From the human T2T-CHM13v2.0 reference genome, Homo sapiens: 64,000 nucleotides of DNA. Below the pieces are notes generated by a model that saw only the letters and a program-made list of their open reading frames with translations, did not search any database and had not been told where the DNA came from. The position numbers and the translations under genes are program-made. Location of the stretch: NCBI RefSeq assembly GCF_009914755.1, contig NC_060935.1; one strand, written 5' to 3'. Positions 1 through 14,777 of the stretch are shown piece after piece (within the stretch, counting starts at the first letter, position 1; every line of letters starts with the position of its first letter).

Positions 1-84
1 CATAGTCTACCTGGGACTGTTCCCCAACTCTGGGTAAGCCCTTTGTAACACCTGAGCCTCTCCCCCTAAAACTGAGCACTATCA

Positions 85-280
85 TGTAGAAGTTAGGAGC
101 ACAGCCCCTAGTGTCGGACTGGCTGTGTTTGAATCCTAGTTCTGTCCCTTGCCAGATGTGTAACCATGGACTCGTTATTTTAGCTTGCCATGCCTCTATT
201 CTATTCTATTCTGTTACCTGTAAAAGGTAGGAATTATAATGCCCATTTCATGGTGGTGGTGTAAGGATTCACTGCGATAA
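85..280 (+). mobile_element. MIR SINE remnant
   Basis: Degenerate MIR core: tttgaatcctagttctgtc...tgtgtaaccatgg...ctgtaaaa...gtaaggatt. Confidence 0.6.
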
Positions 281-504
281 GACCAAAGAGATGGGACCTT
301 CTCTCTTGAGAACTTGACAGTTAGGTCCAAAGGAGTGTGAGTAAAACCCAAGTGCAATTTAGGCAGGTGACAATAACCACAGAGCCCAACCTGATGGAAT
401 AGGCAGGAAGTTGTATGGGGAATTGATGGCAACAGAGTCAGAAAACAGAGCGGTAAGTATTAATGCAGAGAAAAGTGAGATCCATAGGCAGAAATTCTAT
501 GTAA

Positions 505-815
<311 letters not shown>

Positions 816-1149
816 AGAAATTCTACCTAAGAGCCCGAAGCTGCCCTCTGCCCTCTCCCGTCTCCTGCAGGACATGGCGCCAGCTCCAGGTTAGGGTAAT
901 CTGGAAACTAGCCTTGAGTGAAGGGGCTGAAAGGGCTCAGGCAAGTGGGACAGGATTTATAGCCTGCTGCTGGAGTTCTGAATAAGGACTTGAGTCCCCC
1001 TTCCCAGGATTTAGAAGGGCCAGGGAGGTGGGTTAGCACCACCAGAGCAGGGAGGTGTAAAGGTGCAGCACAAAGCTACAATCTGAACATAGCACCCCCT
1101 CATCTCTTGGTACTTGGCATGGTTGGCTCCTTGGCACCCATCTCTCCCC

Positions 1150-1568
1150 CTTGATAGTCCCTTGGAAAGCCATTCCTTCCTTACTCTTAGTCCCTGTGTT
1201 CTTGGTGGAGTTCCCACATCCAACTTCCAGAGTAGGCCACGTGAGCATGCCTGGCTAATCAAAGCATGGTGCCTCCCAGGCCACTGGGATTGGTTCAGAG
1301 AAGGGTCACCTTGGGTAGCTGATGTTGCTGCAGCTATCTTGCCACCGTATGGAGCCAAGACTGAAAGATGAAATAGAGCAGGGCAAGGAAGAGAGGCCCA
1401 GGAAGACCAAGTCCTAATGACATCGTTGGAGCCTTCGAATCCAGCTGTGCCTAGAGCCAGCCCCTAACCCTGGAGTTTTCAGTTACATGGATCAATAAAT
1501 TCTCTATTAGCTTAAATCACCTTGATTTGAGTTTTCTATCACTATTAACCAACAGCATCCTAATCAAA
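1150..1568 (+). mobile_element. Old MaLR LTR (MLT1-type)
   Basis: 3' end caataaattctctattagcttaa...gagttttctatcact...catcctaat resembles MLT1 U5; 5' boundary uncertain. Confidence 0.55.
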
Positions 1569-1886
1569 GGCTAAAGCAGCTGAAAATAGCCTATTTCCAG
1601 ACCGCATGTGCTCATTAATAAAGAGCAAGTTCCTGTGGTACCATGAAGCCATGATACCATTGGCCTTGTGTCTGGATAAGGCTCAGGCTAAAGATGCCTG
1701 ACATTACTATAAATACCTGGGCAGGGGTGAGTTGGCAGAGCAATGACCAGGGATACAGAAAACCAGGTTTTTCCTGATGCCTTATATCCTGCTTTAATAT
1801 CTCCACCTGCCAATGAAGGAGTTCAATTGGTTGCCGCCATTTTAGAGAGCATAATGGTTATACTTTACCTTCAAAAAAATCTATTT

Positions 1887-1937
<51 letters not shown>
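1887..1937. repeat. (TCTA)12 tetranucleotide microsatellite
   Basis: 12 perfect TCTA units at 1887-1934 plus TCT. Confidence 0.98.
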
Positions 1938-1938
<1 letters not shown>

Positions 1939-2147
1939 GCCATGGAAGAACCAAGGCAAAGAAAAGTGTAAAGATGATCCTACCAATTGTCCCAGAAGAC
2001 AGCCCCTGGAACAATCATAAAAAGAATCCCAAACCCTTTGAACTTTTTTGTCTATGACAAATAGCAAAAGCATCCATTGCTGTTAAATATCTGTTACTAC
2101 TACTCATTCCTTCCATCTTACAGATGTAAAAGTTGAAGAATTAGTTG

Positions 2148-2744
2148 CTGTCTTAGTTAAATTAGAATAGCTGCTTAAACAAGGGATCTCAAAATATATA
2201 ATGACTCCACATCCTTGAAGTTCACTTCTTTTCCCCTAATAGTACTGGATTGGTGAACAGTTGGCAGGGCAGGCTTCTCCCGTGTAACTGTTTAAAGATC
2301 CAGGGAGAGGGAGGCTCTGCTGTCTTCAACGTGTGAGGTCCTCTCAATTCCAGCCAGTTGGATGGGGAAGGAGCATGAAGGAGCAGTGTGTGGGAAACCT
2401 TTATGGGCCAGACTTGAAAGTGATGAACGAAACTTCCAATCTCGTGCAATTGGATAGAATTCCGTCACGCAGCTGTAGCTAAATGCAAGAGAGTCGGAGC
2501 CAGCTGTGGTGGCTCACACCTGTAATCCCAGTGACCCTGGAGGCTGAGGAAGGAGGATGACTTGAGGCAGCAGTGAGCTATGATTGCACCACTGCACTCC
2601 AGCCTAGGCAACAGAGCAAGACCTCATCTATCAAAAAAAAAAAAAAAAAAAAAAGGAACGGAGTCTGAGAAATATAGTTTATCTTTGTGCCCAGGAAGGA
2701 GAGGAAAATATGGATTTGGTGAGCAACTATTAGTCCCTGCTACA
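2148..2744 (-). mobile_element. Old MLT1 LTR interrupted by an Alu monomer
   Basis: Reverse MLT1-like segments (gggccagacttgaaagtg..., gagaaatatagttt...tgtgcccaggaagg...gctaca). Confidence 0.6.
2498..2654 (+). mobile_element. Monomeric Alu (FRAM/AluJ right-arm-like) with internal deletion
   Basis: About 135 bp single arm, cttgagg joined to cagcagtgagc, long poly-A tail. Confidence 0.85.
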
Positions 2745-4365
2745 CCATGCAGTGTTTCCTTTCTGAATTTGAATGGCACTTTGAGCCTGCAATTTCATTT
2801 TAGTCTGTTCTGTGCGTCTTTGCAATGCCCAATAGATTTGATAGTATAATCCCCACCCTACAGAAGTGAATTATTTCCTTCTTATATCTTTAGGTGGATA
2901 CTCAATACATATTTATTAAATGGATAAGTCAATTCATAAGGTAAAAACAAATGGAGCCTGTTAAAATATGTTGTTTATTAGATCACTCTTTAGCCTTAGA
3001 AGACTTTCTTAGAATGTTTGTATGACTAGCCATCTTCTTTTACCATTTTTGTTTTATAAATACATAAATATCATAGAAAGGAAAATTTCAGGAAGTAGAA
3101 ACATATACTGATGTTTTTTCCCACTAAACTCAGCTATTATCAAGTGCCTGTTAACTTTTGCATTCCTTTGTATGTTTAAAAAAAAACCCTACTCCCTTAT
3201 CTCTTGGTGCCTCCAGAATGCAAAAATCCCTGAGCTCTCAACTTACGAATCTCCTATAAGGCTGCTGGAGCTTGGATGTTAAAAGTCCTCATGAGGGCTT
3301 TTCAATAGTATGGCTTCCTCTTGCAACATTGGCACCTCACTTTTCATTTAAAAACATTTGCTTATGTGCTTTTCAAAGTGCTTTTATAGCCAGGGTCTGA
3401 TTCAGTCCTTACAAGTCTGTGAAGGTGGCATGAGGTCATCATCACCCCTAGGACCGAGAAGGGTTCACACATGAAAGTGAGCGCAGAGCTAGAACTAACA
3501 CCTGGTCCCTCTGCCTGCCATGTAAACCATCTCCTGGAGGAGTGCTGTGTTAATGACCTCAGATCGGCTCCCTCCTCACCCCTTACTCCTGTTTTCTATT
3601 CCAGGTCGGAAAAAGGCAAAAAAAAACACAAAAGAGCAAGATCAAAGTATACCTCTTTACCTCTAACTAACACAGAGCCTCTATCCAACCCCAGAAGTGG
3701 TCCCCCACCAATACATGAGTCTTTTGTCCACTCAACTTTCTGCCTACCTTATTTATCAACAAGAAGTTTGCACAAGTTCTCTTTGTCAGCTAAGAGGCTT
3801 TCTACTATTACAGGCTGCCCCTTACGGGAAGTAGACCCTTTCCCTCCTAGCCTTTAGAATTGTGTTTTGAATATAGCAGACCAGAATTTTGATTAGATTT
3901 GTTTTTTCAATTATACGGTGGTTCCCTCACTTTTATAATCACCTAGAAGTCACTGTTGGCAACATGTCACTAGGGGCTTAAAGACAGAAACTGGGTTGAT
4001 TTCCACATAATGATCCAAACAAAAAAGGCTGAGGAATGAATCCTGAACCACGAAGCCCACTGCAGTTTACGTAAGTGGTTTATGTTGAGACGCGGCCATA
4101 GCAAATTTCCCTGATTTCTGAGCATTTTCCTGTGGATTATTTCTAACCTGCACATTTTTTTCCATAGCCAGATTTGCCTTGACCCCAGGGGTGAACATTT
4201 AGAGAGCAATACTTCTCAGTCGCGGTTCCCATGATGCTATCAATTCCATTGTAGGGCCAATAATTAATTATAACAACAAGAAAGACATTATTCAACTAGG
4301 CCTCCCTTCCTGCCATTAAATCCACAAAACTCCCTGCCACCTGGGCAGTTGTTGATGTGTGTTTC

Positions 4366-4398
4366 TGTGTGTGTGTGTGCATGTGTGTGCACATGTGT
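4366..4398. repeat. Imperfect (TG)n
   Basis: tgtgtgtgtgtgtgcatgtgtgtgcacatgtgt. Confidence 0.8.
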
Positions 4399-4639
4399 AC
4401 TTAAAATAACCGGATTAAAATTGTGTGTAAAATACACAAATGAAAAACTTTGAAAAAGAAAGCATCAAAATAACTAAAGTAGTTGTCTAAGAGTGGTGAC
4501 GTTAGTGGAAGACGGGTCTGTTACTCTCTTTTTCTATAATAACTATTGTAGTGTTAGTACTTAAATAACTAAAATTCATACTATCAATTTTACATTAATT
4601 CAACATAAAAATTCTAAGTACTTTACTATTCCTCCAATG

Positions 4640-5420
4640 TTTATGATGTATCTACTACATGCCAGGCATTGTCTGGGTCCTAGGGATACAGGATGAATAA
4701 GACACAGTTCCTTCCCCCATAGGGCTTCTACTCAAATAAGGGAGACGAACATAAACAAGTAATTATATTGGTTTATTAATTAATATGTGATATGGTTTGG
4801 ATCTGTGTCCCCACCCAAATCTCATGTCAAATTATAATCCCCAATGCTGGAGGTAGGGCCTGGTGGGAGGTGATTGGATCATGGGGGTGGTTTCTCATGG
4901 CTTAACACCGTCTACCTTGGTGCTATCGTGGCGATAGTGAGTTCTTGTGAGAACTCCACCCTCTCTTGCTCCTGCTCTGGCCACGTAAGACAAGCCTGCT
5001 TCCCCTTCGCCTTCCACTATGATTGTAAGTTTCCTGAGGCCTCTCCAGAAGCCAAGCAGAGGCCAGCATCATGCTTCCTGTACAGCCTGTGGAACTGTGG
5101 GCCAATTTAAGCCTCTTTTCTTTATAAATTACCCAGTCTCCAGGATTTCTTTATAACAATGTGAGGACAGACTAATACCAAGCATACAACAAATATTTTT
5201 GGAGCACATACTATGGTCCTGAATACGTTTATATGCTTTGGATCAGCAGCAAATGAGGCAAGCAAAGACCCTTGCCTTCATGGAGCTTGTGGTCTAATGG
5301 ATATAGATCATCATTTGTTTCTAATCATAATGACTGTAGTGAAGAGAAAGTGCTAGCGGGGGACCTGACCTAGCCTAAAAAGCCTGGGAAGACCTCCCCA
5401 AGGAAGCAACATGATTTTAA
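4640..5420 (-). mobile_element. Two L2 3'-end fragments flanking the MST LTR
   Basis: Reverse L2 tail motifs ctactacatgccaggcattg...ggatacag (about 4640-4760) and caacaaatatttttggagcacatactatg (about 5185-5420). Confidence 0.6.
4788..5178 (+). mobile_element. MSTA/MSTB solo LTR (ERVL-MaLR)
   Basis: Starts tgatatggtttggatctgtgtccccacccaaatctcat; ends ttctttataacaatgtgaggacagactaatac. Confidence 0.9.
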
Positions 5421-6589
5421 GTGCTTCAAGTAAAATCCAGGACAGAGGGGGCTTTTGTTTTGCCATCCAGGACAGAGGGGGCTGCCCTGGATGTGGCAGG
5501 AGTTAATTCTGGTGGACACTGAAGTCTGTCTCTCAGTTCCATCTGCCGCAGAGTGTAGCCTGGTGCAAGAGCTGCCCTAGGCAACGTGTGGCCTCTGGGC
5601 CTTGGGCTGACCGTGTGTAAGGGGATTTGGAACCAAGTTTCCATTAGTAGTCCCTGTCCATTTTTGCTCCCATGCACTGTTTCTGGTAAGTCCTGATATA
5701 GAAACCAGCAAGGCCATCCTTCCCTTGCAGCACAGACAGTAACTAATGGGCCTTTCTTCTGCAGACGGGAAAACTGGAGCAGAGAAGACAAATCCAGCCT
5801 GAGCCAAGAGGCCTCTGCATCGCTGGTCAGGAAAAAGCAACTGCTAGATTTCTGGTTTGCCCCTCAGACCGTGGAGCTCCGGGTCACCAGCCTGAACCGC
5901 TTAATGCACATCACGCCTGGGTTTAGTTGGAAATGGCTGAAGGCACTTAAATGGAACTCCCAACCTTTGTCCTCAGCTTCCGAAACCACAGGTAAGTATT
6001 GAGGTCTGTGTTGTATCGATCATGCCTCCCACCGGCATCAGGAAAAATGCTGTGAAGCAAGTCAACTTTCTAGTGACAAGGGAAGTCATTCTCCTAATCC
6101 ACTCTCACTGGACAATCAGGTTGACAAAAACCATTAAGTTTTCCGAGATTAGAAATTCACTGTCAGAGGGAGCCGTGTATAGAGTTTTCCACTCCATTAC
6201 ACCCAGGACAATAACCAGAGGCCAAGTGACAGAAAAAGCCTGGGGCTTTTTTAAAGTTTCCTGTGTCCTTGAGTAGAGAAAAATAAATTCACAAAGTGTC
6301 TCCTTTTTGTAGGATGTGGGTTTGTATATCCTCTCATTGATCAATGCAACAACCTATGAGGAGAGGTCTGTTTATTGCATTTGACAGAAGAAGAAGCCGA
6401 GGTTCTGCAGGAATAGGTTTGCTATCTAAGATCACCCAGCTAGTTAGTGTCGGATGGGGCTGAGAATCAGAGTCAGAAAACTGGAGGGGTCTAGAGACTA
6501 AATGACCTGCTTTCTTCTAGGCAGAATAGCACTTTAGCCATCCTTGAACCCACTTTCCCCGGAAAGACCCCACGGTTCTGTAGCAAGTG

Positions 6590-6835
6590 GTAGCGGGCTG
6601 GGACAGGGGTTAAGATCACAGGCTGTGGTGCCTGACGGATTCACATCCACGCCCCAACTCTGCCTCCCACCGTGTGCCTTGAGGCAAGTTCTTTCCCCTC
6701 TCTAAGCTTCCTTCTCCTCCTCTTATTCGTAAGAAGATAATAACCTAAAACACTACCCCATAAGGGTTCTGAGGATTAAATGAGATCACACTTGTAAAGC
6801 ATTTAGCATATTGACCGGCGCATGGCAAGTACTTT
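6590..6835 (+). mobile_element. MIR SINE
   Basis: ggttaagatcacaggctgtgg...ggcaagtt...gaggattaaatgagat...gtaaagcatttagca. Confidence 0.7.
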
Positions 6836-7029
6836 GAAAAACAGAAGCCAGTCAGCAATAGGAAGTGGTTTCTTACTTATGTCTTTACTATAAACTTACA
6901 TAAACACAGAACTGAAAGTTTGGAAAACCGAAGAAAAGAAAAAATCACCTATATTCATAACAACTGTTACCATTACAATATATTCCTTCCGGTACTTTTT
7001 TCCAATGAATCTATTTTTTCCCACATATA

Positions 7030-7220
7030 TAATTTTTTTCTGTAGCATTGCACTCCATTCTTTTTCACTTAAAATTGTATTAAAATCATTGATTCATATT
7101 GCTGTAATTTTTCTTTTCATAACTGTACTGTATCTTATCATCCGAACATAACCATAATTTTCTTATCCATTCCTCTATTGCCTGACATTTGTTTTCAATG
7201 TCCCTTATTATAAATAATGC
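7030..7220 (-). mobile_element. Old L1M fragment
   Basis: ttatccattcctctattgcctgacattt...ttataaataatgc resembles reverse L1M 3' region. Confidence 0.55.
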
Positions 7221-7548
<328 letters not shown>

Positions 7549-7588
7549 AAAGTGCTGGGATTACAGGCATAAGCCACCACACCCGGTC
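7549..7588 (-). mobile_element. Alu 5'-end fragment (about nt 1-40), inverted
   Basis: aaagtgctgggattacaggcataagccaccacacccggtc. Confidence 0.9.
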
Positions 7589-7766
7589 TAAAATCTGACA
7601 AAACCAAGTGTTGGTAAGAACATGAAGCAATAGGAACTTTCATTCACTGCCAATGGGAATGCAGAGTGGCACAGCCACTTTGAAGAACTGATGTTATCTA
7701 CTAAAACCGTTAGAAATGCCTATCCTATTATACAGTAATCCCAACTCAAAAGCATATATTCTAAAT

Positions 7767-8411
7767 CAAGCATTAGAAAACTTTTTCTGTAAAAGATTAA
7801 AAAGTCAATATTTTAGGCTTTGCAGGCTATGTGGTCTCTGTTGCAACTACTCAGCTCTGCTGAGCAGGAAAGTGGCCACAGACAATGCAGAAAGAAACTG
7901 GCGTGGCTGTGTGCACTAGAACTTTATTTATGGACACCAAAATTTGAGATTTTTTAAATTTTTATTGTTATTTTGAGACAGGGTCTCACTCTGTCATCCA
8001 GGCTGGGGTGCAGTGGCGCAAGCACGGCTCACTGTAGCCTTGACCTCCTGGCCTCAAGTGATCCTCCCACCTCAGCCTCCTGAGTAGCTGGCACTACAGG
8101 CACACACCACCACACCCAGCTACTTTTTAAAAACATCTTTTTGTAGAGATGGGTGTCTTATTATGTTGCCCAGGCTAGTTTTGAACTCTTGGACTAAAGT
8201 GATCCTCCCCTCTCAGCCTCCCAAAGTGCTGGGATTACAGGTGTGAACCACTGTGCCCAGCCCTGAATTTTATATAATTAATTTCATATAATGTACCTTC
8301 TTTGGATTTTTCCAACCATTAAAAAATGTAAAAATCATGTTTAGTGCATGGACTGTACAAAAGAGGTAGTGGGCCCATTCTGGGTTATGGGAGGTAGTTT
8401 GCCAACCCCTG
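7767..8411 (+). mobile_element. MER58B hAT-Charlie MITE interrupted by AluJ
   Basis: aaactttttctgtaaa...aatattttaggctttgcagg...actactcagctctgc; ends gtagtttgccaacccctg. Confidence 0.85.
7950..8262 (-). mobile_element. AluJ
   Basis: Reverse dimeric Alu with J-type gcagcct/tcctcccacctcagcc. Confidence 0.93.
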
Positions 8412-8417
8412 CTCTGT

Positions 8418-8601
8418 AACGTTACTCAAGGCGTGGTCCAGGGTTCAGTAGCTCAGTAACAATTTGTTGGAAATGAAAACTTAGGGGCCCCACCCTAGAC
8501 TTACTCAATCAGGATTACTAGGGAAAAAAAAAAAAATAGGAATCTCTATCTTTGCAAGCTCACCAGCTATTTTTATGCACACTGAAGTTTGAGAATTACA
8601 G
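8418..8601 (+). mobile_element. MER5A-like hAT MITE
   Basis: gtggtcc...gggccccaccctagacttact...tgcacactgaagtttgagaa. Confidence 0.65.
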
Positions 8602-8849
8602 ATGTGGTTCTCAAACATACATATGTGCAAAAGCCTGTATGTACAACAATGTTCCTAGCAGCATTATTTGTGATAAACCCGGACTGAAAACAACCCAAAT
8701 GTCCAGGAACAGTAAAATGTCTAAAAGCAGTAAAATAGGTAAACCAAATAATATTCAGTAATGAAAATACACAAAGTAGGCTTTATGCTCATATTATGCA
8801 ATATGGATAAACCTTTTAAAGAATGTTGAGCACAAAGGAAAATCCATCA

Positions 8850-9122
8850 GGAGGCTGAGGCAGGAGGATCACTTGAGGCCAGAAGTCCAAGTCCAGCCTA
8901 GGGCAACACAGCAAGACCCTATCTCTACAAAAAAAATTTAAAAATAGCCAGATGTGGTGGCACACACCTGGAGTCCCAGCTCCTCAGGAGACTGAGGTAG
9001 GAAGATCACTTGAGCCCAGGATTTCAAGGTTGCAGGGAGCTATGGTCACACTACTGCACTCCAGCCTGGGCAATAGAGCAAGACCCTGTCTCTTAAAAAA
9101 ATCAATAAATCAATAAACAAAT
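8850..9122 (+). mobile_element. AluJ, 5'-truncated
   Basis: Starts ggaggctgaggcaggaggatcacttgagg; J-type right arm; A-rich tail. Confidence 0.9.
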
Positions 9123-10191
9123 ACATCCAGACACAAAAGAATATGAACTCTATGATTCTGTACAACAATATAAAGTTCAAAAATAGACACTATTGTTTTG
9201 GAGTGAGCACTTAAATGGCAAAACGGTCAAATGAGGCAAGGAAGTTATACTTAAAATCAGGATTGTGATCTTTGGGAGGAAAAGGGGTGTTGTGTTTAAA
9301 TGGGCACATAGGACGCTTCTAGTGAGCTGACAATGTCCTATTTCTTGACCCGGGTGATTATAGCATCTGTATTCACTTTATGATAATTTGTTAAAGTGTA
9401 CATTTATGTTTTATGCACTTTTCTCTATGTGTGATTTTTTCACAATAAAAAATTAAAAGGAAAAATAACTGCGAGTAGTGGCAACTTTCTGAGCTAGCCC
9501 TGTGTATAGAACCTGCCAGATCCACTTCACACCTTGACTTCCTGCTTGGCCAATTCCCTGTAGCCCACCCAACTGCAAGTTGCAAATTTATAGGCCAACT
9601 GAGCCCAGATGGTTTCCTGCGATAGCTGCTAGGGGCATAATAATGAATACATGTCTCCCAGCACGTTCCCGAATGCATTTTGGCAGGATTTTTCCTGCAG
9701 GCAGTAAAACCTTGTTACAAAGTCTCTCTCTGTCTCAGGGGCTTGGCCACATTGCAATTGAGCCACACTGCCTCCTGTTCCAGGCAGCCATCATCCTTGC
9801 TCCACATAGCATCCTTGAGAGCTGGCTTTTTCTCCATTGTCCTGTGAAGCTGGTTGATTGATTGTTACTAATAATCATTGCATTTCAGAAACTCGGATTC
9901 CTGTCCTCACAGCTGGAACTTTCTCTTCACACTAATTAGAAAACCATCCTCTGGGAAATGCGGCATCTTTATTGAGTCAATCTTTGGTGATGACTAAGTC
10001 AACTGGCAAGATGAAGTTTACATCAGGGAGATGAAGGCACTAAAACCCTTCCAGTACACTGGTCCCAGGCCTGAAGCCAATAAGCCAGGCTGACCTGACA
10101 GATATCCAGACCCCCACATCTAGAGAAACTAAGGGTTGCATTACAGAAGGACTAGCTAGAGGTTGGGGTCAACCCAGGGGTCAAAGAGCCA

Positions 10192-10868
<677 letters not shown>

Positions 10869-12400
10869 ACAGCTTTTGTCAATGGTAAAGAAGTGGAAAC
10901 AACCTTAGTGGCCCACAAGAAAGGACTGGCTAAATTCGTTCACTCATTTACTTACTCATTTATCGCATTTTTAATGAGTGCCCACCACATGCTCGGCTTT
11001 GATCTAGGCTCTGAGCTATGGGGGATATAGTGGTAAAAAGGTATTGTCTCTACCCTGAAGAACTTTGTTAGAAGAGGAGGCAGAAGGCATAAGTAAATGC
11101 GCAATACAATGATGTGTAATTAGCGGAACCACAGAGGCTAAGTAGTTAAAAAAACATTTTAAAACAGGATAGGAAAAATGGTGACGCATTGCTAAAAAGG
11201 GGATAATTAAAGATCATGCACAGTGAGTTCAATTTGTAAAACAGCATATATATTTGCATGGAGAAAAAACTAAACTGATATATGCTTTTTCTGAACACCT
11301 TGAACAGCAGTGGTATTTAGTAGGTAAACAATAAATGATTAATGAATGAAAGAATCTATTTCAAGATCAAGGGATTATTTTTTCTAGGTATTTTTCTGTA
11401 CTTTCCAAATGCCGCCCAATAAGTATGTATTACTTTTGTAATAAGGAAAAAATATCAACATTAGGAAACTGTGAATTAGGGAGTTAAGGATCAAGATGAC
11501 GTGTAGAGCAGCGATTTTTGTTAGAATGCAAACTAAGCTGTGCTAGACTTAGTCTCAAAAAGAAATGTAAGTCTGAGGTCTGAGTTTGGCCTCTCCCTAA
11601 CGGGCGGAGACTGTGGCTCTCCACCCCATGCACGGTCCGGAAGCAGGCAAGCAAGTTTGCCCTGGGCTTTGTTCTACATTTTAGTGGGGCAGGGCCCACT
11701 GCAGCCAAGTTATTAAGCACTAGGTCTCTCACTTCTCTTCCCCTGGCTCCTCTCTGCTGGGCCTCCTGCCCTACCATCAAGGCAGCTGTTGTTGTTTTGT
11801 AGAGGCTAATTAACTCCACACTGCATGAAGCCAGACGCTAATTGGCCCACTCACTTAATCAACCTTAATGTCTCTCTTCTGGTGGACACGGCTGCTGCTT
11901 TTTGTTCCCCTGATCATCAACAAACGTGGTTCCAGGCGAATGGCAGCAACAGCCTCTGGTGGTAACAGCCCTCAGCCTGTCACCTACCACGGGAAATACT
12001 GAGGCTCATTTTGACACCTCAGCTCAGTGGACAGGCCCTCAAGTTCATGATCACCGAAGCATCTTGAAACCTGAGCTTATTGCTGCTCTTCCAAACATTG
12101 CATGATGATATGAGTCATCAGATGGTTGGTTACTCAAGAGAATTGGCCTCATCTCTGTCTGTTGCTGACACATAGTTAAGACTATAACATCTAACTTATA
12201 CAGCTACCTTTTGCTGAGTGTTTTTTTTTTTTCTGTAGCACTGTGTCGGGGCCTTTCCAATGGAACATGAACACAACATTGCACAGAGTAGGTAAGCAAT
12301 ACAGATTTTTAACCGAATGAGGAAGAAACACCATTCTTATCCCATTTGTCAGATGAGGACACTGAGGCAACAATAATGTTTACATCTGTAATTGAAATGA

Positions 12401-13359
<959 letters not shown>

Positions 13360-13627
13360 CACTGCAAGTGGAAGATTTAAAGGGCTTGACATTTAGGCAT
13401 TAGGATGTGAAAACCCTTTTTCACTGAATTGATGAGATTTTTCCATACCTAATCAGTGTATGGTGATTTTGAATTCTAGCTTCCCATAAAGATGAAGATA
13501 ACTGGGCAGGTGGAACTGTTGGCCTGCCTTCTCACTGCCAACATTTCCTCTGTCTCCTTCCTAGTCTATTCTACACTTCCTGCCCTTTTACTTCCTCTTC
13601 TTCCTCAAGCACCTAAAGCCCAACCTT

Positions 13628-13931
13628 GCCAGGCACAGTGGCTCACATCTGTTATCCTAGCACTTTGGGAGGCCAATATGGGTGGATCACCTGAGCCCAG
13701 GAGTTCAAGACCAGCCTAGGCAACTTGGCAAAACCCTGTCTCTACAAAAAATATAAAAAATAAGCCAGGTGTGGTGGCAAATACCTGTCAAGTCCCAGCC
13801 ACTCAGGAGGCTCAGGTGGGAGGATCACCTGAACCTGGGGAAGTCAAGGTTACAGTAAGCTGTGATTGCGCCACTGCACTCCAGCCTGGGCAACAGGAAT
13901 GAGACCCTGTCTCAATAAATAAATAAATAAA
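13628..13931 (+). mobile_element. AluJb-like
   Basis: Dimeric Alu, J-type right arm, (AAAT)n tail. Confidence 0.92.
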
Positions 13932-14172
13932 TCCAGCCTCACAATATAGCTCATCTGGGGGAAACCATGTTTCTGTGTCAATCTGAAGGTCAGCTTTAAC
14001 CAGGGCAGAAAGAGTCACAGAACTTGTGGGAGGTTGGTGTTTGGGAGACGGTAGACAGAACATTTAAACTCTTGTGTTTGAATTCTACCTACCCTGCCTG
14101 CTTCCAGCGTGCCTCCATTTCATCCTCCATCTGAAAGCTTGTTGTAAGGATGCAATGAAATAACCCATGTTG

Positions 14173-14487
<315 letters not shown>

Positions 14488-14621
14488 ACCCATGTCATGC
14501 TTAGCATAATACCTGGCAATGATAAATGCTCAACAGATGTTTGTGATAATGACACTGACTCAAGCTGAGCTCCTGGTTCTCAGGAGCCTGGGTTTACTCC
14601 TCAGAGGCTTAAGATCTAGAG

Positions 14622-14777
14622 CAGTGGTTCTCAAACTATAGCATGCACCAGGTTCCTCTGGAAGGGACTGAGCCTCTCTTCCAGAGTTTGATTCAGTAGG
14701 TCTGGGGTGGGGCCTGAACATCCGCCCCAGGCAATGGGGATTCAGCGGCACCAGGGACTACACTTTGAGAACCACTG
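14622..14777 (-). mobile_element. MER5A hAT-Charlie MITE
   Basis: Perfect 14-bp TIRs cagtggttctcaaa / tttgagaaccactg; 8-bp TSD atctagag / atttagag. Confidence 0.92.

Larger units (their letters stand above)
7589..9468 (+). mobile_element. Old L1M (L1ME-like) 3' part, fragmented by MER58B, MER5A and Alus
   Basis: aaaatctgacaaaaccaagtgttgg..., aatgttcctagcagcattattt...aaacaacccaaatgtcca, 3' end ttttatgcacttttctctatgtgtg...caataaaa. Confidence 0.75.

Noticed and set aside
3570-3857. Strong splice acceptor at 3603-3604 inside a 128-aa ORF
   Set aside because: No convincing nearby donor and the peptide is unrecognisable.
5441-5486. CTCF motif in cagagggggc repeats
   Set aside because: The 5' CCA(C/G) part of the CTCF core is not matched.
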